From NCBI RefSeq assembly GCF_003018255.1, contig NZ_CP027440.1: 64,000 nt of DNA. One strand, given 5' to 3'. A program made the position numbers and the translations under genes. The notes beneath the pieces are model-generated. The model was not told the DNA's origin. It did no database searches and saw only the letters and a program-made list of their open reading frames with translations. This stretch comes from Escherichia coli. GTDB lineage: Bacteria; Pseudomonadota; Gammaproteobacteria; Enterobacterales; Enterobacteriaceae. Positions 10,181-20,698 of the stretch are shown here, one piece after another; within the stretch, counting starts at the first letter, position 1, and each line of letters begins with the position of its first letter.

Positions 10181-11314
10181 GTGAATGACGCTATCCCTCG
10201 CCCGCAGGCGAAAACCCGTAAGGTGCTGACGCCGCTATTAGAAATCCGTAATCTGACTAAATCTTACGATGGTCAGCATGCGGTCGATGATGTCAGCCTG
10301 ACCATCTATAAAGGCGAAATCTTCGCGCTGCTGGGCGCATCCGGCTGTGGCAAGTCCACGCTGCTGCGTATGCTGGCAGGTTTCGAACAACCTTCTGCCG
10401 GACAGATAATGCTTGATGGCGTCGATTTGTCACAGGTTCCGCCTTACCTGCGCCCCATAAATATGATGTTTCAGTCTTACGCGCTGTTTCCGCATATGAC
10501 CGTGGAACAGAACATCGCTTTTGGCCTGAAACAGGACAAACTACCGAAAGCGGAAATTGCCAGCCGGGTCAATGAGATGCTCGGGCTGGTGCATATGCAG
10601 GAGTTCGCCAAACGCAAACCGCATCAGCTTTCCGGCGGTCAGCGACAGCGTGTGGCACTGGCCCGAAGCCTTGCCAAGCGCCCGAAACTATTACTGCTCG
10701 ATGAGCCTATGGGCGCGCTGGATAAAAAGCTGCGTGACCGGATGCAGCTTGAAGTGGTGGATATTCTGGAGCGTGTCGGTGTGACTTGTGTGATGGTCAC
10801 CCACGATCAGGAAGAGGCGATGACCATGGCGGGGCGTATCGCCATTATGAATCGAGGGAAATTTGTCCAGATTGGCGAACCGGAAGAGATCTACGAGCAT
10901 CCGACCACTCGCTACAGCGCCGAATTTATTGGCTCGGTTAATGTCTTTGAAGGTGTACTCAAAGAGCGTCAGGAAGATGGTCTGGTGCTTTATTCGCCGG
11001 GGCTGGTGCATCCACTGAAAGTCGATGTAGATGCTTCGGTGGTCGATAATGTGCCGGTGCATGTGGCGCTGCGCCCGGAAAAAATCATGCTTTGCGAGGA
11101 ACCTCCCGCTGACGGTTTTAACTTTGCGGTAGGTGAGGTGATGCACATTGCCTATCTCGGCGATCTTTCGGTGTATCACGTTCGTCTCAAGAGCGGACAG
11201 ATGATCAGCGCTCAGCTACAAAACGCTCATCGATATCGCAAAGGGTTACCAACCTGGGGCGACGAAGTGCGTTTGTGCTGGGAAGTGGACAGCTGTGTGG
11301 TGCTGACGGTTTAA
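10181..11314 (+). CDS. potG: Putrescine ABC transporter ATPase PotG (377 aa), GTG start
   Basis: ORF 10100..11314 trimmed to GTG 10181; Walker A GASGCGKST, ABC signature LSGGQRQR. Confidence 0.9.
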   Translation: MNDAIPRPQAKTRKVLTPLLEIRNLTKSYDGQHAVDDVSLTIYKGEIFALLGASGCGKSTLLRMLAGFEQPSAGQIMLDGVDLSQVPPYLRPINMMFQSYALFPHMTVEQNIAFGLKQDKLPKAEIASRVNEMLGLVHMQEFAKRKPHQLSGGQRQRVALARSLAKRPKLLLLDEPMGALDKKLRDRMQLEVVDILERVGVTCVMVTHDQEEAMTMAGRIAIMNRGKFVQIGEPEEIYEHPTTRYSAEFIGSVNVFEGVLKERQEDGLVLYSPGLVHPLKVDVDASVVDNVPVHVALRPEKIMLCEEPPADGFNFAVGEVMHIAYLGDLSVYHVRLKSGQMISAQLQNAHRYRKGLPTWGDEVRLCWEVDSCVVLTV

Positions 11315-11323
11315 GGAGCAAAG

Positions 11324-12277
11324 ATGAGTACACTTGAACCTGCTGCCCAGCCCAAACCGCCGGGCGGATTTAAGCTGTGGTTGTCGCAGCTGCAAATGAA
11401 GCATGGGCGCAAACTGGTCATTGCGTTGCCGTATATCTGGTTGATCCTGCTGTTTCTGCTGCCATTTCTGATCGTCTTTAAAATAAGTCTGGCGGAGATG
11501 GCGCGCGCCATTCCGCCTTATACCGAACTGATGGAGTGGGCTGACGGGCAACTGTCCATCACTCTTAATCTCGGTAATTTTCTGCAACTGACTGACGATC
11601 CGCTCTATTTCGATGCTTATCTCCAGTCGCTACAGGTGGCTGCGATTTCGACATTTTGCTGTTTACTGATCGGCTATCCGCTGGCGTGGGCGGTGGCGCA
11701 CAGTAAGCCTTCGACCCGTAATATCTTATTACTACTGGTGATCCTGCCGTCGTGGACCTCGTTTCTGATCCGCGTTTATGCCTGGATGGGAATATTAAAA
11801 AACAACGGTGTGCTGAATAATTTTCTGCTGTGGCTGGGGGTTATCGATCAACCGTTGACCATTCTGCATACCAACCTGGCGGTTTATATCGGCATTGTTT
11901 ACGCCTATGTGCCGTTTATGGTGCTGCCGATCTACACCGCCTTGATTCGTATTGATTATTCGCTGGTGGAAGCGGCACTGGATCTCGGTGCACGACCGCT
12001 GAAAACGTTCTTTACTGTGATCGTGCCGCTGACCAAAGGCGGGATTATTGCCGGATCGATGCTGGTGTTTATCCCGGCTGTGGGCGAGTTTGTGATCCCT
12101 GAACTGCTCGGTGGCCCGGACAGCATCATGATCGGGCGCGTGCTGTGGCAGGAGTTTTTCAATAACCGCGACTGGCCGGTGGCCTCGGCGGTAGCGATCA
12201 TCATGTTGCTGCTGCTAATTGTGCCGATAATGTGGTTTCACAAACACCAGCAAAAAAGCGTGGGAGAACACGGATGA
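11324..12277 (+). CDS. potH: Putrescine ABC transporter permease PotH (317 aa)
   Basis: ORF 11324..12277; multi-span permease. Confidence 0.9.
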   Translation: MSTLEPAAQPKPPGGFKLWLSQLQMKHGRKLVIALPYIWLILLFLLPFLIVFKISLAEMARAIPPYTELMEWADGQLSITLNLGNFLQLTDDPLYFDAYLQSLQVAAISTFCCLLIGYPLAWAVAHSKPSTRNILLLLVILPSWTSFLIRVYAWMGILKNNGVLNNFLLWLGVIDQPLTILHTNLAVYIGIVYAYVPFMVLPIYTALIRIDYSLVEAALDLGARPLKTFFTVIVPLTKGGIIAGSMLVFIPAVGEFVIPELLGGPDSIMIGRVLWQEFFNNRDWPVASAVAIIMLLLLIVPIMWFHKHQQKSVGEHG

Positions 12278-13119
12278 ATAATTTACCGGTTGTTCGTTCG
12301 CCCTGGCGGATTGTGATTTTGCTGCTGGGCTTCACCTTTCTCTACGCGCCAATGCTGATGCTGGTGATCTATTCATTCAACAGCTCGAAACTGGTGACGG
12401 TGTGGGCCGGCTGGTCAACACGCTGGTATGGTGAGTTATTGCGCGATAACGCGATGATGAGTGCGGTTGGTTTAAGCCTGACAATTGCGGCCTGTGCGGC
12501 GACGGCGGCGGCGATCCTCGGGACGATTGCGGCGGTCGTGCTGGTGCGCTTTGGTAGGTTTCGCGGATCAAATGGTTTTGCCTTTATGATCACCGCGCCG
12601 CTGGTGATGCCAGATGTCATCACGGGCTTGTCGCTATTGTTGTTATTCGTCGCGCTTGCTCATGCTATTGGCTGGCCTGCGGACCGCGGTATGCTCACCA
12701 TCTGGCTGGCGCATGTCACTTTCTGTACGGCTTATGTGGCAGTCGTTATTTCGTCGCGTCTGCGGGAACTGGATCGCTCGATAGAAGAAGCCGCGATGGA
12801 TCTCGGTGCGACGCCGCTGAAAGTGTTTTTTGTCATTACGCTACCGATGATCATGCCCGCGATCATTTCTGGCTGGTTACTGGCTTTTACTTTGTCGCTT
12901 GATGATCTGGTGATCGCCAGCTTTGTTTCCGGGCCGGGAGCCACCACTTTACCGATGCTGGTCTTTTCCAGCGTGCGGATGGGGGTGAATCCGGAAATCA
13001 ACGCCCTGGCAACATTGATCCTCGGCGCGGTCGGAATTGTCGGATTTATCGCCTGGTATCTGATGGCGCGCGCAGAAAAACAGCGGATACGCGACATCCA
13101 GCGTGCAAGACGTGGCTGA
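12274..13119 (+). CDS. potI: Putrescine ABC transporter permease PotI (281 aa)
   Basis: ORF 12232..13119 trimmed to ATG 12274 (ATGA overlap with potH stop). Confidence 0.9.
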   Translation: MNNLPVVRSPWRIVILLLGFTFLYAPMLMLVIYSFNSSKLVTVWAGWSTRWYGELLRDNAMMSAVGLSLTIAACAATAAAILGTIAAVVLVRFGRFRGSNGFAFMITAPLVMPDVITGLSLLLLFVALAHAIGWPADRGMLTIWLAHVTFCTAYVAVVISSRLRELDRSIEEAAMDLGATPLKVFFVITLPMIMPAIISGWLLAFTLSLDDLVIASFVSGPGATTLPMLVFSSVRMGVNPEINALATLILGAVGIVGFIAWYLMARAEKQRIRDIQRARRG

Positions 13120-13178
13120 AGACACTAAAATTTGCCAACCTGGCTACATAATGCCGCGCATGTCGCGGCATTGTTTTC

Positions 13179-13667
13179 ATGGAAGACGAAACGTTGGGAT
13201 TTTTTAAGAAAACATCTTCATCTCATGCTCGCCTGAATGTGCCTGCGCTGGTGCAGGTGGCGGCGCTCGCCATTATTATGATCCGTGGCCTCGACGTGCT
13301 GATGATTTTCAATACGCTGGGCGTGCGCGGTATTGGCGAGTTCATTCATCGCAGCGTACAAACCTGGAGTTTAACGCTGGTCTTTTTGAGCAGTCTGGTG
13401 CTGGTTTTCATTGAGATCTGGTGTGCGTTTTCACTGGTGAAAGGGCGTCGCTGGGCGCGCTGGCTGTATCTGTTGACACAAATCACGGCCGCAAGTTACT
13501 TGTGGGCAGCTTCGCTGGGGTATGGTTATCCGGAGCTGTTCAGCATTCCCGGTGAATCAAAACGTGAAATCTTCCATAGCCTGATGCTGCAGAAGCTGCC
13601 GGATATGCTCATCCTGATGCTGCTGTTCGTTCCCTCGACCAGTCGGCGGTTCTTCCAGTTGCAATAA
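13179..13667 (+). CDS. ybjO: Inner membrane protein YbjO (162 aa)
   Basis: ORF 13179..13667; hydrophobic translation. Confidence 0.8.
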   Translation: MEDETLGFFKKTSSSHARLNVPALVQVAALAIIMIRGLDVLMIFNTLGVRGIGEFIHRSVQTWSLTLVFLSSLVLVFIEIWCAFSLVKGRRWARWLYLLTQITAASYLWAASLGYGYPELFSIPGESKREIFHSLMLQKLPDMLILMLLFVPSTSRRFFQLQ

Positions 13668-13707
13668 TGTGTATAATCGTCGCCCCTGATGATGTGAAGG
13701 TCAATGT

Positions 13708-14835
13708 ATGCAGTGCGCACTTTACGACGCGGGTCGCTGTCGTTCCTGTCAGTGGATAACGCAGCCGATTCCAGAGCAACTCTCCGCTAAAACCGCCGAT
13801 CTTAAAAATCTGCTCGCCGACTTTCCGGTTGAGGAATGGTGCGCGCCGGTGTCAGGCCCGGAACAAGGGTTTCGTAATAAAGCCAAAATGGTGGTGAGTG
13901 GTAGCGTTGAAAAACCACTGCTCGGTATGCTGCATCGCGACGGCACGCCGGAAGACCTTTGTGACTGTCCGCTTTATCCTGCCTCATTTGCGCCCGTTTT
14001 TGCGGCGCTAAAACCGTTTATCGCCCGAGCGGGGTTAACGCCCTACAACGTGGCGCGTAAGCGTGGCGAACTGAAATACATTCTGCTGACTGAAAGCCAG
14101 AGCGATGGCGGCATGATGCTGCGCTTTGTACTGCGTTCTGATACCAAGCTGGCGCAACTGCGTAAGGCGCTGCCGTGGTTACAGGAACAACTACCGCAGC
14201 TGAAAGTTATTACCGTCAATATTCAGCCGGTACATATGGCGATTATGGAAGGGGAGACGGAGATTTACCTGACTGAACAACAGGCGCTGGCAGAGCGTTT
14301 TAATGACGTACCGCTGTGGATCCGTCCGCAAAGTTTCTTCCAGACTAATCCGGCGGTCGCCAGCCAGTTGTACGCCACCGCGCGCGACTGGGTACGACAG
14401 CTGCCGGTTAAACATATGTGGGATCTGTTCTGCGGTGTGGGGGGCTTTGGTTTACACTGCGCGATGCCTGACATGCAGTTAACCGGGATCGAAATTGCGC
14501 CAGAGGCCATTGCCTGTGCAAAGCAGTCAGCCGCTGAACTGGGCTTAACGCGTTTGCAATTTCAGGCGCTGGACTCCACTCAGTTTGCCACTGCTCAGGG
14601 GGAGGTGCCGGAGCTGGTGCTGGTTAACCCGCCGCGCCGCGGCATTGGTAAACCGCTGTGTGATTATCTCTCAACGATGGCACCGCGTTTTATTATCTAC
14701 TCCAGCTGTAACGCCCAAACCATGGCGAAAGATATCCGCGAACTGCCAGGTTACTGCATCGAACGGGTACAGCTTTTTGATATGTTCCCGCACACTGCGC
14801 ATTACGAAGTGCTGACACTGCTGGTTAAGCAATAA
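13708..14835 (+). CDS. rlmC: 23S rRNA (uracil747-C5)-methyltransferase RlmC/RumB (375 aa)
   Basis: ORF 13708..14835; N-terminal Cys cluster ([14 protein letters not shown]) and SAM-MTase C-terminal half. Confidence 0.9.
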   Translation: MQCALYDAGRCRSCQWITQPIPEQLSAKTADLKNLLADFPVEEWCAPVSGPEQGFRNKAKMVVSGSVEKPLLGMLHRDGTPEDLCDCPLYPASFAPVFAALKPFIARAGLTPYNVARKRGELKYILLTESQSDGGMMLRFVLRSDTKLAQLRKALPWLQEQLPQLKVITVNIQPVHMAIMEGETEIYLTEQQALAERFNDVPLWIRPQSFFQTNPAVASQLYATARDWVRQLPVKHMWDLFCGVGGFGLHCAMPDMQLTGIEIAPEAIACAKQSAAELGLTRLQFQALDSTQFATAQGEVPELVLVNPPRRGIGKPLCDYLSTMAPRFIIYSSCNAQTMAKDIRELPGYCIERVQLFDMFPHTAHYEVLTLLVKQ

Positions 14836-14857
14836 AAAAGCCGCAGGTGCGGCTTTC
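14836..14857. terminator. Bidirectional intrinsic terminator between convergent rlmC and artJ (AAAAAGCCGCAGGTGCGGCTTT)
   Basis: GC-rich hairpin flanked by A-run and T-run. Confidence 0.7.
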
Positions 14858-14863
14858 TGAATC

Positions 14864-15595
14864 TTACTGCGGGAACCACTGGTCATTGATTTTCTGATAT
14901 GTACCGTCAGCTTTAATTGCTGCCAGCGCGTTATTCAGTTTTTCCAGCAGAGCTTTGTTATCCGGACGTACAGCGATACCCAGGCCGGTGCCGAAGTATT
15001 GCGGATCGGTCACTTTTTCAGTCGCAACGCCCAGTTGCGGGTTGGTTTTCAGCCATTCATTAACCACCGCTGTGTCACCAAATACCCCATCAATACGGCC
15101 ATTTTTCAGATCGATAAAGGCATTCTGATAACTGTCATAGGAGACAGTTTTCACTTCCGGGTGCTGATCCTGAATATATTTCTGGTGCGTAGTACCGTTT
15201 TCCATCCCAATACGTTTGCCTTTCAGATCGGCAAACGTTTTGTAGGTATCTTTTTTGGCAATCACGACGGCTGAGTTTTCATAGTAGGGCGTGGTAAACG
15301 ATACCTGTTTGCTACGCTCTGGAGTGATATCCATACCGGAGATTACGGCGTCATATTTTCTGAATTTCAGTGACGGGATCAGGCTGTCGAACGCGTGATT
15401 AGTAAAAGTACATTCTGCCTGCATTTGTTTGCACAAGGCTTTTGCCAGGTCGATATCAAAGCCGACAATCTCATTATTAGCACCTATAGATTCAAAGGGT
15501 GGATAGGTGGCTGAAACGCCAAAATTGATTTTCTCTGCGGCAGAAGCACCGAAAGTAAAGGAAGCAAGTAATGCGGCAAGAACTAACTTTTTCAT
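14864..15595 (-). CDS. artJ: Arginine ABC transporter periplasmic binding protein ArtJ (243 aa)
   Basis: ORF 14864..15646 trimmed to MKKLVLAALLASFTFGASA signal peptide start. Confidence 0.9.
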   Translation of the reverse strand: MKKLVLAALLASFTFGASAAEKINFGVSATYPPFESIGANNEIVGFDIDLAKALCKQMQAECTFTNHAFDSLIPSLKFRKYDAVISGMDITPERSKQVSFTTPYYENSAVVIAKKDTYKTFADLKGKRIGMENGTTHQKYIQDQHPEVKTVSYDSYQNAFIDLKNGRIDGVFGDTAVVNEWLKTNPQLGVATEKVTDPQYFGTGLGIAVRPDNKALLEKLNNALAAIKADGTYQKINDQWFPQ

Positions 15596-15662
15596 GATGG
15601 AACTCCCGTCTGTCAATCTTATGATTTTTGGCCGTGTCTGCGGCATGGGATAACAATGCCAT

Positions 15663-15700
15663 CAAGTGAATTTATATGCAATAAATATGATTAAATAATT
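15663..15700 (-). promoter_or_regulatory. Putative ArgR operator (tandem ARG-box-like AT-rich palindromes) in artJ promoter region
   Basis: Minus strand reads TTTATTGCATATAAATTCACTT, resembling ARG box TnTGAATwwwwATTCAnw; artJ is recalled as ArgR-repressed. Confidence 0.35.
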
Positions 15701-15711
15701 TAAATGAAATA

Positions 15712-15748
15712 AAAAAAGACGGACAACTTAGTGAGTTGTCCGTCTTCA
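15712..15748 (-). terminator. Intrinsic terminator downstream of artM operon (hairpin GACGGACAACT...AGTTGTCCGTC followed by T7 run on minus strand)
   Basis: Perfect 11-bp stem and poly-T read on minus strand. Confidence 0.75.
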
Positions 15749-15767
15749 TTATAAGAATTTATGCACT

Positions 15768-15806
15768 ATGTAGGCCGGATAAGGCGTCCGCGCCGCATCC
15801 GGCATC
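15768..15806. repeat. REP (repetitive extragenic palindrome) element: GCCGGATAAGGCGTCCGCGCCGCATCCGGC
   Basis: Canonical E. coli REP sequence visible between artM and artJ. Confidence 0.8.
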
Positions 15807-15820
15807 AGCACGCAGCCAAA

Positions 15821-16489
15821 TTAATTCCTTCGCTCAAACGCCAGCGCTTTACGCTCGATCAGACGCATCATCAGCGTCAGCAGGCCGTTAACGACCAGAT
15901 AAATAATCCCTGCCGCGCCGAACACCATGACATCGTAGGTGCGTCCGTACAACAACTGGCTGTATCCCATCACTTCCATCAGCGTAATGGTGTAGGCCAG
16001 CGAGGTACTTTTGAACACCAGCACTACTTCGTTGGAATAAGAAGAGAGCGAGCGTTTAAAGGCATACGGCAGCAGGATCGCCAGCGTATCTTTTTTGCTC
16101 ATTCCCAGGGCGCTACAGGACTGCCACTGACCTTCCGGGATCGCACGAATTGCACCGTAAAACAGCTGCGTGGTATACGCCGCACTGTTCAGCGACAACG
16201 CAATCAGCGCACACAGCCACGGTTCTGACAACAAATGCCACAGTGCCGGATACTCCTGCAACGTCGGGAACTGGCCCGGTCCGTAATAAATCAGGAAGAT
16301 CTGCACCAGCAGCGGCGTACCGGTAAACAGCGTGATATAGCCCCGCACCAGCCACACCAGCACCGGCGTTTTCAGCGTCAGGATGATGGTAAAAATCAAT
16401 GCCAGAATCAGTGCCACAATCAGCGAGGCAACGGTTAGCGTCAGGCTGGTGTGCAACCCTTTCATCAGTTCGGGTAAATACTCAAACAT
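15821..16489 (-). CDS. artM: Arginine ABC transporter permease ArtM (222 aa)
   Basis: ORF 15821..16489. Confidence 0.9.
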   Translation of the reverse strand: MFEYLPELMKGLHTSLTLTVASLIVALILALIFTIILTLKTPVLVWLVRGYITLFTGTPLLVQIFLIYYGPGQFPTLQEYPALWHLLSEPWLCALIALSLNSAAYTTQLFYGAIRAIPEGQWQSCSALGMSKKDTLAILLPYAFKRSLSSYSNEVVLVFKSTSLAYTITLMEVMGYSQLLYGRTYDVMVFGAAGIIYLVVNGLLTLMMRLIERKALAFERRN

Positions 16490-17205
16490 TAGCTGGGCCT
16501 CCGCTCAAAACGTGTCGCGCGCAGGTCAATGCGTTTGAGAATGTACTGACTGAGCAGGGTGATCACCAGGTAAATCGCCGCCGCCACAATGTACCAGGTA
16601 AACGGTTCCTGGGTACGGGTAGCGATGCTTTTGGTTTGTAGCATTAAATCATTCACACTAATCAAACTGACCAGCGCGGTATCTTTCAGCAGCACCAGCC
16701 ACTGGTTACCGAGACCCGGCAGCGCATGACGCCACATCTGCGGCATCACCAGACGGAAAAAGATAGCCGATTTCGACAGCCCCAGCGCCTGACCAGATTC
16801 CCACTGGCCCACCGGCACCGCTTTCAACGCGCCGCGCAGCGTTTGCGAGGCATAGGCGGCATACAGCAGTGACAGAGCGATGACACCACAAAGGAACGGG
16901 CTAACGTCGAAGTTCTCAATGTCCATCTGCACCGGGATCTGCACGAACCCAAGATTGATAGTGAAGCCATCCGAAAGCGTCAGCAGCAGCTGCGAGGAGC
17001 CAAAATAGATAAACAGCACCACCAGAATTTCTGGCAGGCCGCGCAGAACCGTCACCAACGCTGAACCTGCCCACGCGACAGGACGCCATTTTGCAGACTC
17101 CCATACCGCAAAGAACATCGCCAGCGCCAGCCCGACAATCAATGCACAAACGGCAAGGCCGACGGTCATCCCGGCGGCGCTTGCTAAAGGAAAAAATTCA
17201 TTCAT
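16489..17205 (-). CDS. artQ: Arginine ABC transporter permease ArtQ (238 aa)
   Basis: ORF 16489..17205; overlaps artM start. Confidence 0.9.
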   Translation of the reverse strand: MNEFFPLASAAGMTVGLAVCALIVGLALAMFFAVWESAKWRPVAWAGSALVTVLRGLPEILVVLFIYFGSSQLLLTLSDGFTINLGFVQIPVQMDIENFDVSPFLCGVIALSLLYAAYASQTLRGALKAVPVGQWESGQALGLSKSAIFFRLVMPQMWRHALPGLGNQWLVLLKDTALVSLISVNDLMLQTKSIATRTQEPFTWYIVAAAIYLVITLLSQYILKRIDLRATRFERRPS

Positions 17206-17211
17206 CAGGAA

Positions 17212-17943
17212 TTACTTCTGGAACCATTTGTTGTAGATGGTTTCGTAAGTGCCATCTTTCTTCACTTTTTCCAGCGCAGTGTTGAGTTTCTGCTGCAGTT
17301 CAGTGTTGCCCTGGCGTACTGCGATGCCGAGGCCAGTACCGAAGTAATCTTTATCGGTCACTTTATCGCCCACTGCCGCCAGTTTCGGGTTATCTTTCAG
17401 CCATTCGGTTACCACTGCGGTGTCACCAAATACGCTGTCGATACGACCGTTTTGCAGATCCAGTTTTGCGTTCTGGTAACTGTCATATGGCACGGTAGTG
17501 ATTTCCGGATGCTTATCCATAATGAACTTCTGGTGTGTCGTCCCGTTCTGAACGCCGACTTTTTTGCCTTTCAGCTGATCAACACTGGTGTATTTGCCTT
17601 GCTGACCCACAAACAGGGCAGAGTTGTCATAGTACGGGGTGGTAAACAGCACCTGCTTTTCACGCTCCGGAGTGATATCCATGCCCGCCATCACTGCTTC
17701 TACGCGACGGAATTTCAGGCTTGGGATCAGGCTGTCAAACGCCTGGTTAGAGAAAGTGCAGGTTGCATCAATCTCTTTACACAATGCCTGCGCCAGGTCG
17801 ACATCAAAACCAACGATCTGGTTGTTTGCATCAATCGATTCAAACGGAGGATAGGAGGCTTCGGTGGCAAAACGAATGGTTTCGGCTGCTGTGGCGGAAA
17901 GACTAAAACCTGCAATTAACGCGGCAATCAGAACTTTTTTCAT
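17212..17943 (-). CDS. artI: Arginine ABC transporter periplasmic binding protein ArtI (243 aa)
   Basis: ORF 17212..17943; paralog of ArtJ with signal peptide. Confidence 0.9.
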   Translation of the reverse strand: MKKVLIAALIAGFSLSATAAETIRFATEASYPPFESIDANNQIVGFDVDLAQALCKEIDATCTFSNQAFDSLIPSLKFRRVEAVMAGMDITPEREKQVLFTTPYYDNSALFVGQQGKYTSVDQLKGKKVGVQNGTTHQKFIMDKHPEITTVPYDSYQNAKLDLQNGRIDSVFGDTAVVTEWLKDNPKLAAVGDKVTDKDYFGTGLGIAVRQGNTELQQKLNTALEKVKKDGTYETIYNKWFQK

Positions 17944-17960
17944 TGTTGTTATCCCGAATC

Positions 17961-18689
17961 TTAGTGAGAGAGATAGTTTTTAAATGCTTCGGTTTGCGGC
18001 TCGGTAAAGCAGCTCGCGTCGCCTTGTTCTACGATATGACCGTTTTCCATATACACCACTCGGCTGGCGGTTTTACGCGCCACTTCAACTTCGTGGGTGA
18101 CGATCACCTGGGTAATATTCGTTTCTGCCAGCTCACGAATGATGCTGACGATTTGTGCCGTAATTTCGGGGTCCAGTGCGGCGGTCGGTTCATCGAACAG
18201 CAGTACCTGCGGTTCCATCATCAACGCACGGGCAATAGCAACACGCTGCTGCTGACCTCCAGAAAGATGCAGCGGGTAACGATCGCTATAAGGTTTGAGA
18301 CGCAGACGTTCCAGCAGTTTTTCTGCACGGGCCAGCGCCTGATCTTTACTCAACCCCAGTACACGACAGGGCGCTTCAATCAGGTTTTGCTGCACGGTCA
18401 GATGCGGCCACAGGTTGTATTGCTGAAACACCATGCCAACGTTACGACGCAAATCGCGAATCGCTTTGTCAGAGGGGGTTTTGGTGAAATCGAAATGGTT
18501 GCCTGCAATGTTGAGCGTACCGGAGCGCGGCATCTCAAGCAGATTGAGTACACGCAGCAGCGAGCTTTTACCCGCGCCGCTGGGGCCAAGTAACACCAGC
18601 GTTTCGCCCTGTGGGCAATCCAGCGTGATATCGAACAGCGCCTGATGCGCGCCGTAGAAGCAATTAATGCCGTTTAATTGAATACTCAT
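17961..18689 (-). CDS. artP: Arginine ABC transporter ATPase ArtP (242 aa)
   Basis: ORF 17961..18788 trimmed to [13 protein letters not shown]; Walker [10 protein letters not shown], signature LSGGQQQR. Confidence 0.9.
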
Positions 18690-18906
18690 TGACACTCGTA
18701 TACTGGCAGTCTGATAGCTATTGAGGTCGAAGATAGTACCTTTGACAGAATAATTATGCAATATTTCTGCTTTAAAAGTTAAAAGCAAAGCGCATTATTC
18801 AATAAACATAGCACAAAATAACGGGGGCGGTGGTCGGCGAGCATAAATGTCGGCATTCCTCACGAAATGCCGTACAATTTACGGGGTTTATTGGTTGATC
18901 AAGACG

Positions 18907-19422
18907 TTAGCGATTCTCGATGGACTGACGGAGCGTACCCGCTGTGGCATGAACGCTACCGCCTAAGTAGCGCACATCGTCGATGACCCAACACTGGCCT
19001 TCCTGAATCATTAACACTTCATCCTGCCAGCCCTGGTCACCCTGCTTGAGATCCACGCGCAATGGAATGTTACGGGCATCACGATTAGGGATAGTCGATG
19101 CACTGGCAACGTGGGCGCTGTCTGGCAAGGTGGTTCGACTGGAGAACGGATCGCTGCTTAACAATTCACGATGACTATTATCGCGGCTGGCATCGCTAAG
19201 TAGGGTTGCCAGTTTGTCACTCAAATAGGGGCGCAGAGCGGTAATGTCATTGCCGCGATGTTGAATGCGGTAGTCATAGAACTGTTGAGCCACGCTATCA
19301 GGCCCCCCCTGGACACAGGAACCGGTGCGGGGGCCGTTATCTTTATAAGCTGGCGTGACGGTGGTACAGGCACTGAGTAGCAGTGCGCAAGGGATAAGCA
19401 TGGTCAATTTGCTATAGCGCAT
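18907..19422 (-). CDS. ybjP: Lipoprotein YbjP (171 aa)
   Basis: ORF 18907..19446 trimmed to MRYSKLTMLIPCALLLSAC (lipobox LSAC). Confidence 0.85.
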   Translation of the reverse strand: MRYSKLTMLIPCALLLSACTTVTPAYKDNGPRTGSCVQGGPDSVAQQFYDYRIQHRGNDITALRPYLSDKLATLLSDASRDNSHRELLSSDPFSSRTTLPDSAHVASASTIPNRDARNIPLRVDLKQGDQGWQDEVLMIQEGQCWVIDDVRYLGGSVHATAGTLRQSIENR

Positions 19423-19547
19423 GATGATTTCCTTATAAGCGAACACCTTGAAAGCGTTCTACGATAATAATGATATCCTTTCAATAATAGCGTATCAGTC
19501 CGATAATGCTTTGAAGATCGAAGGCTTAGCAAACAAGGAGATCGATC

Positions 19548-19871
19548 ATGCAATTTTCTACAACCCCAACTCTGGAAGGCCAGACCATCGTCGAATATTG
19601 CGGTGTGGTGACCGGCGAAGCGATTTTAGGTGCCAATATTTTCCGTGATTTCTTTGCCGGTATCCGCGATATCGTTGGCGGACGCTCCGGGGCTTATGAA
19701 AAAGAATTGCGTAAAGCGCGGGAGATCGCCTTTGAGGAGCTCGGCGATCAGGCCCGGGCGCTGGGGGCTGATGCCGTAGTCGGTATTGATATCGACTACG
19801 AAACGGTCGGGCAAAATGGCAGTATGCTGATGGTTAGCGTCAGCGGTACGGCGGTGAAAACGCGTCGATGA
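19548..19871 (+). CDS. ybjQ: YbjQ (UPF0145 family, 107 aa)
   Basis: ORF 19548..19871. Confidence 0.8.
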
Positions 19872-20698
19872 GAAGAGTCTTTTGGCTGGTCGCTGTCGCT
19901 CTGTTACTGGCAGGGTGTGCAGGCGAAAAAGGCATTGTCGAGAAAGAGGGATATCAGCTTGATACCCGACGCCAGGCGCAGGCGGCGTATCCGCGCATTA
20001 AAGTGCTGGTTATCCACTACACCGCAGATGATTTTGATAGCTCGCTGGCGACACTGACCGATAAGCAGGTCAGCTCGCATTATCTGGTCCCTGCGGTACC
20101 ACCGCGATACAACGGTAAACCGCGCATCTGGCAACTGGTGCCGGAACAGGAACTGGCCTGGCATGCGGGGATTAGCGCCTGGCGCGGGGCAACGCGTCTT
20201 AACGACACCTCTATTGGCATTGAGCTGGAAAACCGTGGCTGGCAAAAATCATCCGGAGTGAAATATTTTGCCCCGTTTGAACAGGCACAGATTCAGGCGC
20301 TTATTCCGCTGGCGAAAGATATTATTGCCCGTTATCACATCAAGCCGGAAAACGTAGTGGCGCATGCGGATATTGCGCCGCAGCGCAAAGACGATCCGGG
20401 GCTGTTATTCCCCTGGCAACAACTGGCGCAGCAGGGGATTGGTGCCTGGCCGGATGCGCAGCGGGTGAACTTTTACCTTGCCGGGCGCGCGCCGCACACA
20501 CTGGTAGATACCGCATCATTACTGGAGCTTTTGGCGCGCTACGGTTATGACGTTAAACCTGATATGACACCGCGCGAGCAGCGGCGCGTGATTATGGCGT
20601 TCCAGATGCATTTCCGCCCGACGTTATACAACGGCGAAGCGGATGCAGAAACTCAGGCGATTGCCGAAGCGTTGCTGGAGAAATACGGGCAGGATTAG
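19868..20698 (+). CDS. amiD: N-acetylmuramoyl-L-alanine amidase AmiD (lipoprotein, amidase_2 family), 276 aa
   Basis: ORF 19868..20698; lipobox LLAGCAG; overlaps ybjQ stop. Confidence 0.85.
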
